Shown here one piece after another: positions 1 through 9,273 of a DNA stretch of 63,462 nt. The first letter of the stretch is position 1. Each line of letters begins with the position of its first letter. Location: IMG/VR virus record IMGVR_UViG_3300021185_002499, positions 1 through 63,462 of that record. The stretch is one strand, 5' to 3'. The translations under genes and the position numbers were made by a program. A model generated the notes under the pieces. The model was not told the DNA's origin and ran no database searches. It was given only the letters and a program-made list of their open reading frames with translations. The stretch is from a virus. Its lineage: Duplodnaviria > Caudoviricetes.

Positions 1-473
1 GCACGTTCTGTAACGACATCACTTGGAATATCTACGTTTCTTTCTGACTTTCTAATTACATACCAATCAGTTGGTTTTAATAACCTTCCTGCTTCTTCGT
101 TTACTGCTTTCTTCTTATCTGACTTTAGTTCGTCAATATCGTAATTGTTTTCAGTAGTTACGTTATAGGTTGGATTTCCATCACTATCTAGTACAGCATC
201 TCCATTGTCATCTACAATAGCTGTAGATACGTCGTAAGTAGAAGCGAAGTCAATATCTACTACTGGATAGGTAAATACGCTGTTATCAGCATCCCACTCA
301 ATAGCACCTAACCTTTGACTTATATTATCGTAAGATGGCTTTACAACATCGTAAAAACCAAATGAGGCATGATTCGCTTTCCTGAAGTTTAAGTGCAAAC
401 CATTATCATCTCTCCATACACTTGGAAGTCTTCTATAAGTTTTAATTGTACCGTTAAAATCTTTTGCTTTCAT
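1..473 (-). CDS. Tail fibre assembly/chaperone-like protein, runs off the left edge
   Basis: Read by hand from ATG at 473: MKAKDFNGTIKTY...LLKPTDWYVIRKSERNVDIP. The TDWYVIR motif is typical of phage tail-fibre chaperone-like proteins. Not in the ORF track. Confidence 0.6.
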   Translation of the reverse strand, partial: MKAKDFNGTIKTYRRLPSVWRDDNGLHLNFRKANHASFGFYDVVKPSYDNISQRLGAIEWDADNSVFTYPVVDIDFASTYDVSTAIVDDNGDAVLDSDGNPTYNVTTENNYDIDELKSDKKKAVNEEAGRLLKPTDWYVIRKSERNVDIPSDVVTER

Positions 474-474
474 A

Positions 475-795
475 TTATGTTGCTTCTTGAGATATTGTAG
501 CCCACTGTTCTGTAGAGCCGTTAGTTGATGTTACTTGTATTAAATTGCTTACTGTACCGTCATAAGTTCCTGCAGCAATTTTTACTGAGCTAGGGAAAGT
601 TAAAGCAAAGTCTCCTGTTATTACTAAGTCCTTAACCATTCCAGTTGAAACATTTGTAAAAGTTAATGTTGCGTCTGCAGTAAGTGTTTTAGTAAATACC
701 TGAGCAGCTGAGAAATCAACAGCAGAAGCACTCATTGCTTCAATGGTTGTGAACTCATCTCCAAGTACTCCGCTTGATATTTTAGTTAATGCCAT
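475..795 (-). CDS. Small tail-fibre-associated protein, a stand-alone copy of the C-terminal module of 11484..12920
   Basis: LGDEFTT..DFSAAQVF..NLIQVT..TISQ aligns by eye with LSDEFKT..DFSTAAVF..NYIQIT..TISQA. Confidence 0.55.
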   Translation of the reverse strand: MALTKISSGVLGDEFTTIEAMSASAVDFSAAQVFTKTLTADATLTFTNVSTGMVKDLVITGDFALTFPSSVKIAAGTYDGTVSNLIQVTSTNGSTEQWATISQEAT

Positions 796-805
796 TTTTA
801 TTTAT

Positions 806-1177
806 TTATTGTGTTATTAAATCCCAACTTGTTGTTTCTTCATTCCAGGTGTACGGTTGCCCATCATCTGGATAAGCTGTAGGAGCTTCCCATAAGCAGC
901 TAGTTTCGTTTAACATCCAGCTATCATATGGCTTTGGCGGAATAAAAGCATCACGAGTTTCATCGTATGTATACCCTATGCCAGCATAGTTTTTTCTAAA
1001 AGCAACACCTCCGTCTGAATGAACTCCGCCATTTGTATTGAAAGATGTTCTTTTACAAACTTGTTCTCTTATGTTTCCATAATGAATCTCCCAGTTTATA
1101 ACCCCGTCTGTTTCGTCTTTACCTACTATCACTTCGGTAACGATGTTTTGCATATTTAAAAAAGCGTAGTGTGCCAT
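806..1177 (-). CDS. Phage protein accompanying Gly-rich tail fibres (chaperone-like)
   Basis: MAHYA..VTEVIV..FRKNYAGIGYTYD..DAFIPPKPY..W pattern; directly downstream of a Gly-rich fibre gene. Confidence 0.6.
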   Translation of the reverse strand: MAHYAFLNMQNIVTEVIVGKDETDGVINWEIHYGNIREQVCKRTSFNTNGGVHSDGGVAFRKNYAGIGYTYDETRDAFIPPKPYDSWMLNETSCLWEAPTAYPDDGQPYTWNEETTSWDLITQ

Positions 1178-1179
1178 AA

Positions 1180-2370
1180 TTAACTAAATGATATATTCCC
1201 TGTTCCTGCTGTGAAAGTTGTTACTTTGTAAGTTCCATCTGTGGATGTACTTCCTGTTAATCCAGACCCTATAGTGACTGCGTGCGTATTGGGATAGCGG
1301 ATAATTACAACTCCCGATCCTCCAGATCTTGCTACTGTTGAATTTTGCTCACCACCCCCAGCTCCTCCACCTGTGTTTGGAGTTCCGTTGGCAGCGTTAT
1401 TTTGAGCATTACCCGTTCCACCAGTTCCTCCTCCTCCGGAGCCACCAGATCCACCAGTGCTATAATAACCACCGCCACCACCACCGCCAGCATATGTGAC
1501 AGATGATCCAGTAATTGAAACAGCTAAACCAGCCCCTCCAACACCTCCTTGACTTGGATTGCTACCTCCAGACGAGTTACCACCAACAGCACTAGCACCA
1601 CCACCACCAGTACCAGCAACGGCTCCTGTATCTGGACCACCAGCATAACCTTGATCAGCGGTGCCTGAACCAGGTGTGTAAGATCCACTATTACCTCTAC
1701 CTACTCCTCCTCCAGATCCTCCTGCAGCACCATTTCCAACTCGATGTCCGCCACCACCGCCTATTGATGTTATTGTAGAAAAAACAGAATTAGATCCATT
1801 CAATGCACTGCCACCAGATGATACTACACCTGCGCCTCCAGCACCCACTGTAACTGTATAATTTGTTGCTGCTAATAAGCCTAAAGATGTTTCAACATCA
1901 GCACCTCCTCCAGAACTTGATCCATAAGACGTACGCAAACCTCCTGCTCCACCACCTCCACTTATGTCACTTGTTGCGCCAGCACCACCAGCAACCACTA
2001 AATAATCAGTATCTATAGACGTAGGAGCAATATCTTGTGATGTCCAGCCTTTTGTAACGTCTTGATATATAAGAGCTACTGTGGCATTGTTTATTATGCA
2101 TGCATAATTTTCTGTTGCTCCTTGAATCTTTTCAGAGCCATTTGCAGCCAGTATAATTTTATTAGTTGCAAATGTACCAGCATAATCTTGTATAACTATT
2201 TCAGTACCTACAGTACCTATAGGTAGAGTGACTGTGATTTCAGCGCTAGTCGTGTTAACAAAATAACCTTTACCAGCTTCTGCAGTAAAGTTAGCTGTCT
2301 TAATAGTGCTATCCCAATCTGTGCCAAAAGACGCGTCAATTAATTCTTTCTTTATTTTAGTTTGAGACAT
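1180..2370 (-). CDS. Glycine-rich tail fibre / receptor-binding protein
   Basis: YLVVAGGAG..GGGGAGG..YTVTVGAGG..GGSGVVIIRY Gly-rich domain; N-terminal module GKGYFVNTT..VTLP. Confidence 0.75.
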   Translation of the reverse strand: MSQTKIKKELIDASFGTDWDSTIKTANFTAEAGKGYFVNTTSAEITVTLPIGTVGTEIVIQDYAGTFATNKIILAANGSEKIQGATENYACIINNATVALIYQDVTKGWTSQDIAPTSIDTDYLVVAGGAGATSDISGGGGAGGLRTSYGSSSGGGADVETSLGLLAATNYTVTVGAGGAGVVSSGGSALNGSNSVFSTITSIGGGGGHRVGNGAAGGSGGGVGRGNSGSYTPGSGTADQGYAGGPDTGAVAGTGGGGASAVGGNSSGGSNPSQGGVGGAGLAVSITGSSVTYAGGGGGGGYYSTGGSGGSGGGGTGGTGNAQNNAANGTPNTGGGAGGGEQNSTVARSGGSGVVIIRYPNTHAVTIGSGLTGSTSTDGTYKVTTFTAGTGNISFS

Positions 2371-2372
2371 AT

Positions 2373-2720
2373 TTAAGGTTTAGTAGGTTTTGTATCTGGA
2401 AAGTTATCTGTTGATGGCCAGTCTCTTAATTCTTGTCTGTAAGTCATCCAAGCCGCGTGATTTGGATAATCTGTTAATGGAACAATTGAATCAGTAATTT
2501 TAATTTCACTGTTTCTCCAGGAACGAGCCATTTCCTCTGTTTCTTCACTGGTTTGCACAGGGTGACTCCAGCCATTTGTTTCGCTGTAAATATCACCAAA
2601 TCCAAATCCTTCCGGTACTTCAATCCAATTTCCATTAAAACCAGAAATGTATATTTCTTCTACATTTTGTAAACCTGATACTTTCCCGTTTGCTATTTTT
2701 CCATATGTCTTTATTGCCAT
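2373..2720 (-). CDS. Tail fibre assembly chaperone
   Basis: C-terminal RN..TD..D.P..W.TYRQELRDWP motif. Confidence 0.7.
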   Translation of the reverse strand: MAIKTYGKIANGKVSGLQNVEEIYISGFNGNWIEVPEGFGFGDIYSETNGWSHPVQTSEETEEMARSWRNSEIKITDSIVPLTDYPNHAAWMTYRQELRDWPSTDNFPDTKPTKP

Positions 2721-2731
2721 AATTAAGTTTT

Positions 2732-3397
2732 TTAATAAAATAAAATAATTGCTCCATCACTTCCTTCAAATGCACCATAGGCTACGGTCATACCGCCAGA
2801 ACCTCCAACACCAAAACCATGAGCAACCCTACTGTTACCACCCATCCACGCGTAGGCATAGGATGCGTTATTCAGTCTAAACTCCCCGGCAGATGCACCC
2901 GCACCATAGCCATTAACCCCAGGCCCCGCCGATGCACCATATTGATATTTAGTTCCTGCAGTAGCTCCAAAACCTGAGCCATTATGACCATCCGCGGTTG
3001 TTAAAGACAAACCTCCTGTAATTGTTGATTGAAGTGCCGCCCCTGTAGCATTATAGTCATAACCTGCTGAGCCATTAACAGTATTTACAGCATGACCTAC
3101 TCCAGGTGTTAGTATTAGGTTAGTTGCTGCAGTTACTATGGTTGTAATTCCTTGAATTATCATACCACCGGAAGCACCCATGTCATTGTCGTTACTCATT
3201 CCACCGCCTCCTACTAGGAAATATCCTAATGAAGCGCCATCCTCTAAACCTAAATCAGTCGCGGGATTAACAGTGTAACTTGCTGCATTATTATAATCTG
3301 CATCATCTAAACCTCTAGCTGTAGTGTATTTTAAACGTTTTGTAAATCCTCCGCCACCACCGCCTGCTGCTGGAAAAAAATCTGATAAATTTGCCAT
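2732..3397 (-). CDS. Glycine-rich fibre tip protein
   Basis: MANLSDFFPAAGGGGGG leader, YFLVGGGG and GSDGAIILFY terminus. Confidence 0.6.
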   Translation of the reverse strand: MANLSDFFPAAGGGGGGFTKRLKYTTARGLDDADYNNAASYTVNPATDLGLEDGASLGYFLVGGGGMSNDNDMGASGGMIIQGITTIVTAATNLILTPGVGHAVNTVNGSAGYDYNATGAALQSTITGGLSLTTADGHNGSGFGATAGTKYQYGASAGPGVNGYGAGASAGEFRLNNASYAYAWMGGNSRVAHGFGVGGSGGMTVAYGAFEGSDGAIILFY

Positions 3398-3409
3398 ATT
3401 ATATTTATT

Positions 3410-5206
3410 TTATGCTGCCGTACCTTCTACGCCAATTAATATCCACCCTTCTGCTGCTCCTGAGTAAATCATTTCAAAACCAGCATTTAATTTGTCTAAT
3501 GTTAAATCTGCCGCAGCACCCATTATTTTATTTCCATTTCTTGCTATAGTCGCGGTAGCTACACCACTTCTATTTGATATTTTTATACTATCTCCAGTGC
3601 TAGGAGAGCTTGGAAGAGTTAAAGTGCAAGTTCCTGTTAAAACGTATAGCTTACCAACCGTAGCTGCTGTATCTGAAGATATAACACTAACTGAGTATTT
3701 AGCATCATTAGCATTACCTAATATTGCTGTGCTAGAAGTCGTCATAACCTCTATGCTATACCCATTTTGTGGCGCGGTTAAAAAAGTTAATGAAGTGCCG
3801 CTTATACTATAAGTTGATTTTTCCTGATACACACCCTGTATAAATACCATAGTGTTATTTTCATCAGATATTGTTTCTGACAAAGTAAACGCTGTAGTAG
3901 AGCCATTACCTGTAAATTGATTTGAAGAATTAGTCGAATAGTCAACCGTCTTTAAATGAACTACCTCTATGTTCGATCCATTTGGTGGTGCTGTTGAAAA
4001 CGTTATAGTTTTACTAGATGTAGTATAGTTGTTTTTTGATTGATAAACACCATCAATATATATTTGAGTGTTGTTTTCATTCGTTATAGTCAACGCTAGA
4101 TCAAACGTAGTATCTGAACCATCACCTGTAAAGGTTTCTGTGTTTATAGCCGCTGCTAAAGAAGTTATATGAATAAGCTCAATACTTATGCCAGTAGGAG
4201 GTGCGGTCGAAAAGGTAACAGTACTTCCTGATGTAGTATAATTATCTTTACTTTGATAAACACCATCAAGATACACTTGAACATTATTTTCTGAAGTTAT
4301 TGTAGAAGTTGTATTAAACGTTGTATCTGAATTGTCACCAGTATATACGTTTTTCTCTATAGTAAGAGCACCACCGCCGCCACCACCAGAACCTGCAATT
4401 GCACCCCACTCGGTGGTATATCCTTCGAATTGATCGTCATCACTATTATAACGAAGCATTCCTGCAATACCCGTAGGTCGCTGAGCCTCAGTACCCGCTG
4501 GTATTTTTATTGCGTCGGTAGCATTGATATCTACAGATACACCAGGTGTTGTATCGTTTATACCTAATCTACTGTTTGTTTCATCTAAGTGAATAACAGT
4601 AGACGTAACTGTATTGCTATCACCAACCCATATTTTCCCAGAAGGTAAGTTAGGTACATCATTTGTTCTTAAAATAGCAGAAACTACCAAAGATCCATTT
4701 GAAGCATGCACTCTCGCTACTTTAGCTATGTTTTGTATTAAAGCTGTGCCTGTTGGTTTTGCAAGGGTTAATCCTCCTCCAGATTTAACGTAAACAGTAT
4801 CATTAGATGAAGCCGAAGTTCCATCAATAGTTGTTGTAGCTAAACCTTCTAAAAGGCCACTTTGGACACAAAAACCTTCAGCATCATCAGCTAGGGTACT
4901 TTCTAATAAACCTAAACAAGGCATTGTGGAAGATGTAGCTGAATTAGCTGGAGCAATTTCTATTTTTCCAGAAGCGCCTACTGATCCTGTTACATATACC
5001 GGTGTTCCTTTTAGTATTTGAGATCCAGATGCATTTTTTACAGGAATATGAACGCTTTCAGAAGAATCAGCACTTGATGCAACCGCACTTCCAAACGTCA
5101 GGTTTCCATTACCATCAGTTACTATTGCCTGTCCATCAGATCCATCGTTATCAGGAAAAGTGTAGGCGTCATTTATTCTTATATTATTTAAATAACGACT
5201 TGCCAT
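3410..5206 (-). CDS. Tail fibre protein with three internal beta repeats
   Basis: Three repeats of TG(D/N)..TxF..ENN..(V/I)(Y/F)(L/I)xGVYQ..TAP; GMLRYNSD..FEGY motif; C-terminal LTLP..GDSI..IARNG module. Confidence 0.7.
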   Translation of the reverse strand: MASRYLNNIRINDAYTFPDNDGSDGQAIVTDGNGNLTFGSAVASSADSSESVHIPVKNASGSQILKGTPVYVTGSVGASGKIEIAPANSATSSTMPCLGLLESTLADDAEGFCVQSGLLEGLATTTIDGTSASSNDTVYVKSGGGLTLAKPTGTALIQNIAKVARVHASNGSLVVSAILRTNDVPNLPSGKIWVGDSNTVTSTVIHLDETNSRLGINDTTPGVSVDINATDAIKIPAGTEAQRPTGIAGMLRYNSDDDQFEGYTTEWGAIAGSGGGGGGALTIEKNVYTGDNSDTTFNTTSTITSENNVQVYLDGVYQSKDNYTTSGSTVTFSTAPPTGISIELIHITSLAAAINTETFTGDGSDTTFDLALTITNENNTQIYIDGVYQSKNNYTTSSKTITFSTAPPNGSNIEVVHLKTVDYSTNSSNQFTGNGSTTAFTLSETISDENNTMVFIQGVYQEKSTYSISGTSLTFLTAPQNGYSIEVMTTSSTAILGNANDAKYSVSVISSDTAATVGKLYVLTGTCTLTLPSSPSTGDSIKISNRSGVATATIARNGNKIMGAAADLTLDKLNAGFEMIYSGAAEGWILIGVEGTAA

Positions 5207-5215
5207 AATTTTTTA

Positions 5216-6238
5216 TTAATCTATTTTAGTAACGAGCACCTTTATATCTCCTGAAGCAGGCGCGGTCGCAAATGTTATCGTAGCTGTATCTACGGTTGTT
5301 CTAACTACATCAGCATATACTGTGTCGTAAGAACTTGTGTCGTATAATTGTATAATAACGTCTCTTGTGTTTAAACTATGCGTAACTGTTATTGCTGTTG
5401 TTGAGCCATCTCCAATTGATCCGCTCCAACTTCTTGCAGCTAATCCAGAAGCTGTAACTGCTCGAGTTGTATCTGTACCGGCAAGAGCCTCAGCATCAGT
5501 TGCTAATTCAACAATACCTTCTGAAGTAGTGGTGGCTGAATTTATTGCGCCAGCTGTAGATATATCACCATATGTGGTTCCATCATTAGTTAACTGCCAT
5601 TTATCTGTTGATTCATTCCATCTAATGGCTACATTAGTAGAATCTCCTCTTTCGACCTCAATACCTGCATTCTCTGTAGGTACTGCTGCACTGTTGTTAT
5701 TTAAGACAATGATGTTATCGTCAACAGATAATGTTTCTGTATTAATAATGGTTTGCGTACCAGAAACTGTTAGATTACCATCTACTGTTACATTACCGCT
5801 AAACTGCATTGTATCACCAGAATCTGTACCTATTGTTATAGTTTCATCAGCTGTGCCACTCGTAGACTCTAGGTTTGATAATAAACTAAGCATTTTAGCA
5901 TTATCAATAAATCCATCTACAAAATCATATATTTGATCACCTGTAGCTAAACCTGTACCTCCATTTGTAACAGCACCTGTAGTAACCGCTATACTTGGAT
6001 TTGGTCCCGCTGAGTCTGTTATGGTAATAATATCACCACTTGTAGTAGTTACACTTTTAATATCACCGGACGCGTCAATCCAGTTTGTTCCGTCGTAAAA
6101 ATAAACTTTATTGTCTGTAGAGTTGTAATACACTTGACCTGCTTGAGGAGAACCAGGTGCGGTTGCCAAAACATGAAGCTTTGCATTCTGCAACTCATTC
6201 TTGTTAAGATCAATATTGTTTAAATAATTTATTGCCAT
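5216..6238 (-). CDS. Tail fibre / structural protein
   Basis: GQVYYNST, GNLTVSGTQT..VDDNIIVLN, AGIEVERG and ATTTSEGIVELAT fibre motifs. Confidence 0.7.
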   Translation of the reverse strand: MAINYLNNIDLNKNELQNAKLHVLATAPGSPQAGQVYYNSTDNKVYFYDGTNWIDASGDIKSVTTTSGDIITITDSAGPNPSIAVTTGAVTNGGTGLATGDQIYDFVDGFIDNAKMLSLLSNLESTSGTADETITIGTDSGDTMQFSGNVTVDGNLTVSGTQTIINTETLSVDDNIIVLNNNSAAVPTENAGIEVERGDSTNVAIRWNESTDKWQLTNDGTTYGDISTAGAINSATTTSEGIVELATDAEALAGTDTTRAVTASGLAARSWSGSIGDGSTTAITVTHSLNTRDVIIQLYDTSSYDTVYADVVRTTVDTATITFATAPASGDIKVLVTKID

Positions 6239-6244
6239 TTTGTT

Positions 6245-6583
6245 TTAATTTAGGTATGCTTTGCCTGAAAACGCAGAAGCGAATGTTAATGTTATTGAGC
6301 TATTGCTATTGTAAAGTATTTCGCCAACCACTACGTTATCTGAACTATCGACTACAGTAACTGATGGAAACTTTCCTAGAGTGTGAGATATATTCCATGT
6401 AGTCGCTGCCACTCCTTGTTGAAATGTTGTTGTAGAAGCGTTAAAAGTTGCGTTGCTTTCAAACCAACTAAGCATCGAGCTTAATGGGTAATTTTTTGTT
6501 ATATTATTGGATACGTCAGTACCTATAAGTTCATCATTTCCGCTTATTACCGTATCTACGGTATACTTTGATATTCTAGCCAT
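6245..6583 (-). CDS. Small tail-associated protein (start moved to ATG 6583)
   Basis: MARISKY..; TWNISHTLGKFPSVTVVDS domain resembles the C-terminus of 5216..6238. Confidence 0.55.
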   Translation of the reverse strand: MARISKYTVDTVISGNDELIGTDVSNNITKNYPLSSMLSWFESNATFNASTTTFQQGVAATTWNISHTLGKFPSVTVVDSSDNVVVGEILYNSNSSITLTFASAFSGKAYLN

Positions 6584-7043
6584 TCTTATTGTCTTTTTTA
6601 ACAGCAGAACCAAAATAATATCCAAATATACTTAAAGCAACACCTTCTACGATTCCAATCATATGAATAAATATTTCTTTATTCGTTTCAGGAACCTCTG
6701 TAGTTACTACTGTATATACTAAAAAACCAAACGCAGCTAATCCAACAATACCTGTTAATGTCATCATCCAGTCTCTACCACCAGATGCAACAATAGCAGC
6801 TTCGCGTTTTCTAGCTGAATCTCTATCCTCCACTTCTAAACGATAAAGTTCAACAAGCTGGTCATGAGCTGCTGCTTTTTCATCATCTGTCATATCAGGA
6901 TCACCATCAATAAGATTTTTAAGCACACCCATCATACCACTATCTGGTAAAAATTTAGATGCACCTTTAACAACACCAGGCAAAACACCCGTAAGTATCT
7001 TGCCTAGCCCTGTATCTTTAAAAGGTTTTTTAGTTTCTTCCAT
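6576..7043 (-). CDS. Holin (3TM-holin type)
   Basis: EVEDRDSARKRE followed by two hydrophobic helices and FGYYFGS; near the endolysin. Confidence 0.7.
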   Translation of the reverse strand: MEETKKPFKDTGLGKILTGVLPGVVKGASKFLPDSGMMGVLKNLIDGDPDMTDDEKAAAHDQLVELYRLEVEDRDSARKREAAIVASGGRDWMMTLTGIVGLAAFGFLVYTVVTTEVPETNKEIFIHMIGIVEGVALSIFGYYFGSAVKKDNKNG

Positions 7044-7321
7044 TATTTTTTCTTTCTACCTGCTCTAGTTTTACCCGCTGCAGCTGCTGGTAGATCACCT
7101 AATTGGTTTCCAACTTCTTTAACCGCTGCTCCAACGTCTTTCATTTCTTGAACTACTCGCTCAGCTCTTGTTTTGATTTCAGCAACTGCGTCTTCTGCAG
7201 CATCAGCAATCATGTCTTTATCTGCATCTTTAATTTTACCTGTATACATATATACTAGGTAAAAGTTTAATAAGATTGATAAAATGCAAATAGCGATTAG
7301 TGTAATAGTTAGTGTAGTCAT
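7043..7321 (-). CDS. Single-pass membrane protein in the lysis cluster
   Basis: N-terminal TM helix, DADKDMIAD acidic loop, helical and basic C-terminus. Confidence 0.5.
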   Translation of the reverse strand: MTTLTITLIAICILSILLNFYLVYMYTGKIKDADKDMIADAAEDAVAEIKTRAERVVQEMKDVGAAVKEVGNQLGDLPAAAAGKTRAGRKKK

Positions 7322-7336
7322 AATATAAAATTTAAA

Positions 7337-7672
7337 TTAACAATTCCATCTTCTACGAGCCGCTTTACCTCTTTCGCCGGTCCAGCCTTTTGATCTCGCA
7401 CAAAATGATTTTCTTCTTTTAGCAGCTTTACTTCCTGGCTTTAATTCGCTAGGAGGTGTTGTTACAGCTGTTTTTAATTTACTGCCAGGATTATCTCTTC
7501 TGTATTTAGCAGTACCTTTTTTTGTCATACCACCACCTGCAGCCGCACCTGTACCAGTTGGCTTTGCTTCGTTGTAGTATCCTAATGATTTCTTTTTAGA
7601 TGGTGCTGGCGGCTTAGCTTTTTTTAATGGGCTGCCTGATTGCTGCACTATTGATGTAATTGGCTTATGCAT
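7337..7672 (-). CDS. Small basic phage protein (RRKSFCAR family, DUF6321-like)
   Basis: GGMTKKG..YRRDNPGSKLKTAVT..RRKSFCARS..W.C. Confidence 0.55.
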   Translation of the reverse strand: MHKPITSIVQQSGSPLKKAKPPAPSKKKSLGYYNEAKPTGTGAAAGGGMTKKGTAKYRRDNPGSKLKTAVTTPPSELKPGSKAAKRRKSFCARSKGWTGERGKAARRRWNC

Positions 7673-8129
7673 CTGTAATGTTTATGTATTTAGTTCTTCC
7701 GTTTTCTTTAATAGCTTTTAATACGCGCATTCTATTTTTACCTAAACGGTAACTTGCGTGTACCCAAGCAGGATTGTTATCATCTCCAAACTCCCATATA
7801 AGCTGATCAAATTCTAATTTATCTTTAATATAATTAAAAAAGTCAGCATTAGTTGCTTTGCTATACACGTCGTCAATATCAATTGCTTCCCCCTCGCAAT
7901 GCTGTGAGCTAGAGGATCCTCCAATAGCTTTGTTAAGTTCAGGCGATCTATAAAAAGAAGAAACATATATCTGTTCACCAAAATGATTTCTCAAAGGTTC
8001 AAATATATGTTCTGCGGTAATTTGCATGGTAATTAACGTTTCATTGTCAGGCATATTGTTTATACTCAGCCTTTGAGCCGTATTAGAGCGTACAGCCTCT
8101 TTTAAGGAGATATGTTCGCTAATGTTCAT
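7665..8129 (-). CDS. Endolysin, peptidase M15A family (start moved to ATG 8129)
   Basis: SSFYRSPELNKAIGG..SQH..GEAIDI..WVH zinc peptidase motifs. Confidence 0.85.
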   Translation of the reverse strand: MNISEHISLKEAVRSNTAQRLSINNMPDNETLITMQITAEHIFEPLRNHFGEQIYVSSFYRSPELNKAIGGSSSSQHCEGEAIDIDDVYSKATNADFFNYIKDKLEFDQLIWEFGDDNNPAWVHASYRLGKNRMRVLKAIKENGRTKYINITDA

Positions 8130-8130
8130 A

Positions 8131-8250
8131 TTACTTCTTGTCACCTCTTTTAGAGCAACCACAGCTTCCTATGGGCTTCATACAGCTGTCACATACCTTA
8201 CTCATTGGTCGTTTTTCTGCGTGTACTTTTTTTGTGATAGGTAAATCCAT
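8131..8250 (-). CDS. 39-aa Cys-rich micro-protein
   Basis: MDLPITKKVHAEKRPMSKVCDSCMKPIGSCGCSKRGDKK; fills the gap between flanking genes. Confidence 0.5.
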   Translation of the reverse strand: MDLPITKKVHAEKRPMSKVCDSCMKPIGSCGCSKRGDKK

Positions 8251-8252
8251 AA

Positions 8253-8576
8253 TTATTTTTTCTTTTGTTTGTTGTATGCTTCTTTTTCCCAGGGTAAATT
8301 TTTAGCTCCTTCTTTCATAGAGCTACGTGGATATTTTTTTCCCTTCCAATATACAAAATCATCATCATAAGATAAATCGCCACGCTTTATTTGATCAACA
8401 TGAACTTTCTCGTGACTTATAGCTATCTTTTGCTGTATAGGTGAAAGCTTTTTGTTAATCACAATAGTGCCGTCATTTAATGTTTCGCCATGAACATCCC
8501 CTGCTAAATTTTTTTTAACAATAACCGGTTCTCCTTTTATAAGAGAATCAACATTGCTTTTCATTTTGTATCCCAT
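8253..8576 (-). CDS. Small zincin-like metallopeptidase
   Basis: HEKVH (HExxH) and downstream PWEKEAY. Confidence 0.6.
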   Translation of the reverse strand: MGYKMKSNVDSLIKGEPVIVKKNLAGDVHGETLNDGTIVINKKLSPIQQKIAISHEKVHVDQIKRGDLSYDDDFVYWKGKKYPRSSMKEGAKNLPWEKEAYNKQKKK

Positions 8577-9016
8577 TATCTTTTTAGATCTTTATTCATA
8601 TCATCTATAGCTGAATTATAAACTTTATCAGTATAGCTTTTGTTTTTATTGAACACACTACGCCGAGATATAGGTAAATCTTCTGTGCCTAGAAGTATTC
8701 TATATATTCTAGCTATTAGGTATTTGCACTTTGTAGATACCTTGTATACATTATATTTAATTGTAGTGTGATTTCTTTTTGAATAAACCTCTATCCAGCC
8801 TTCTCTTCGCAATCTTTCCCACCTATTTTTATCCCAAGAATATATATAGGTTCCTTTTATATAATCATTACGTGTAAAAGTTTGTAAGCAATCAAAATGA
8901 ATTAATAATTCTAATTCAGCATCCGTAAGCTTATAAGTCTTACAGGCCCATTTTCTAACGAGCCTATAATACTTAAATAATCCTATGTCACGTATGTCAT
9001 CTGGCTCTAGCCTCAT
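8576..9016 (-). CDS. Hypothetical protein, possibly winged-helix
   Basis: Coupled ORF; LTDAELELL..LRREGWI pattern. Confidence 0.45.
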   Translation of the reverse strand: MRLEPDDIRDIGLFKYYRLVRKWACKTYKLTDAELELLIHFDCLQTFTRNDYIKGTYIYSWDKNRWERLRREGWIEVYSKRNHTTIKYNVYKVSTKCKYLIARIYRILLGTEDLPISRRSVFNKNKSYTDKVYNSAIDDMNKDLKR

Positions 9017-9273
9017 AACACTACGACTACATCTTGTTCTTTTATAACTTGCAAAAATTCACCATCGTAGTCGATACCATATCCAGCATGCTTGTCGTAG
9101 TAAATATTATTTCCAGGGGTAATTCCCTCAACGTAATTACCAACACTACGAACTTCAGCTTTTCTATATCGTATATCATCTTGATGTTTTTCAGTAAGGA
9201 TAAGCCCAGATTTTGTTGGCTGTACTTTTTCCTTAATAGGCTTGATTATAATGTATTTGTTTACAGCTTGCAT
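9013..9273 (-). CDS. groES: Co-chaperonin GroES
   Basis: IIIKP..TKSGLIL..AEVRSVG..PG..IYYDKHAG..VIKEQDVV; adjacent to groEL. Confidence 0.9.
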   Translation of the reverse strand: MQAVNKYIIIKPIKEKVQPTKSGLILTEKHQDDIRYRKAEVRSVGNYVEGITPGNNIYYDKHAGYGIDYDGEFLQVIKEQDVVVVL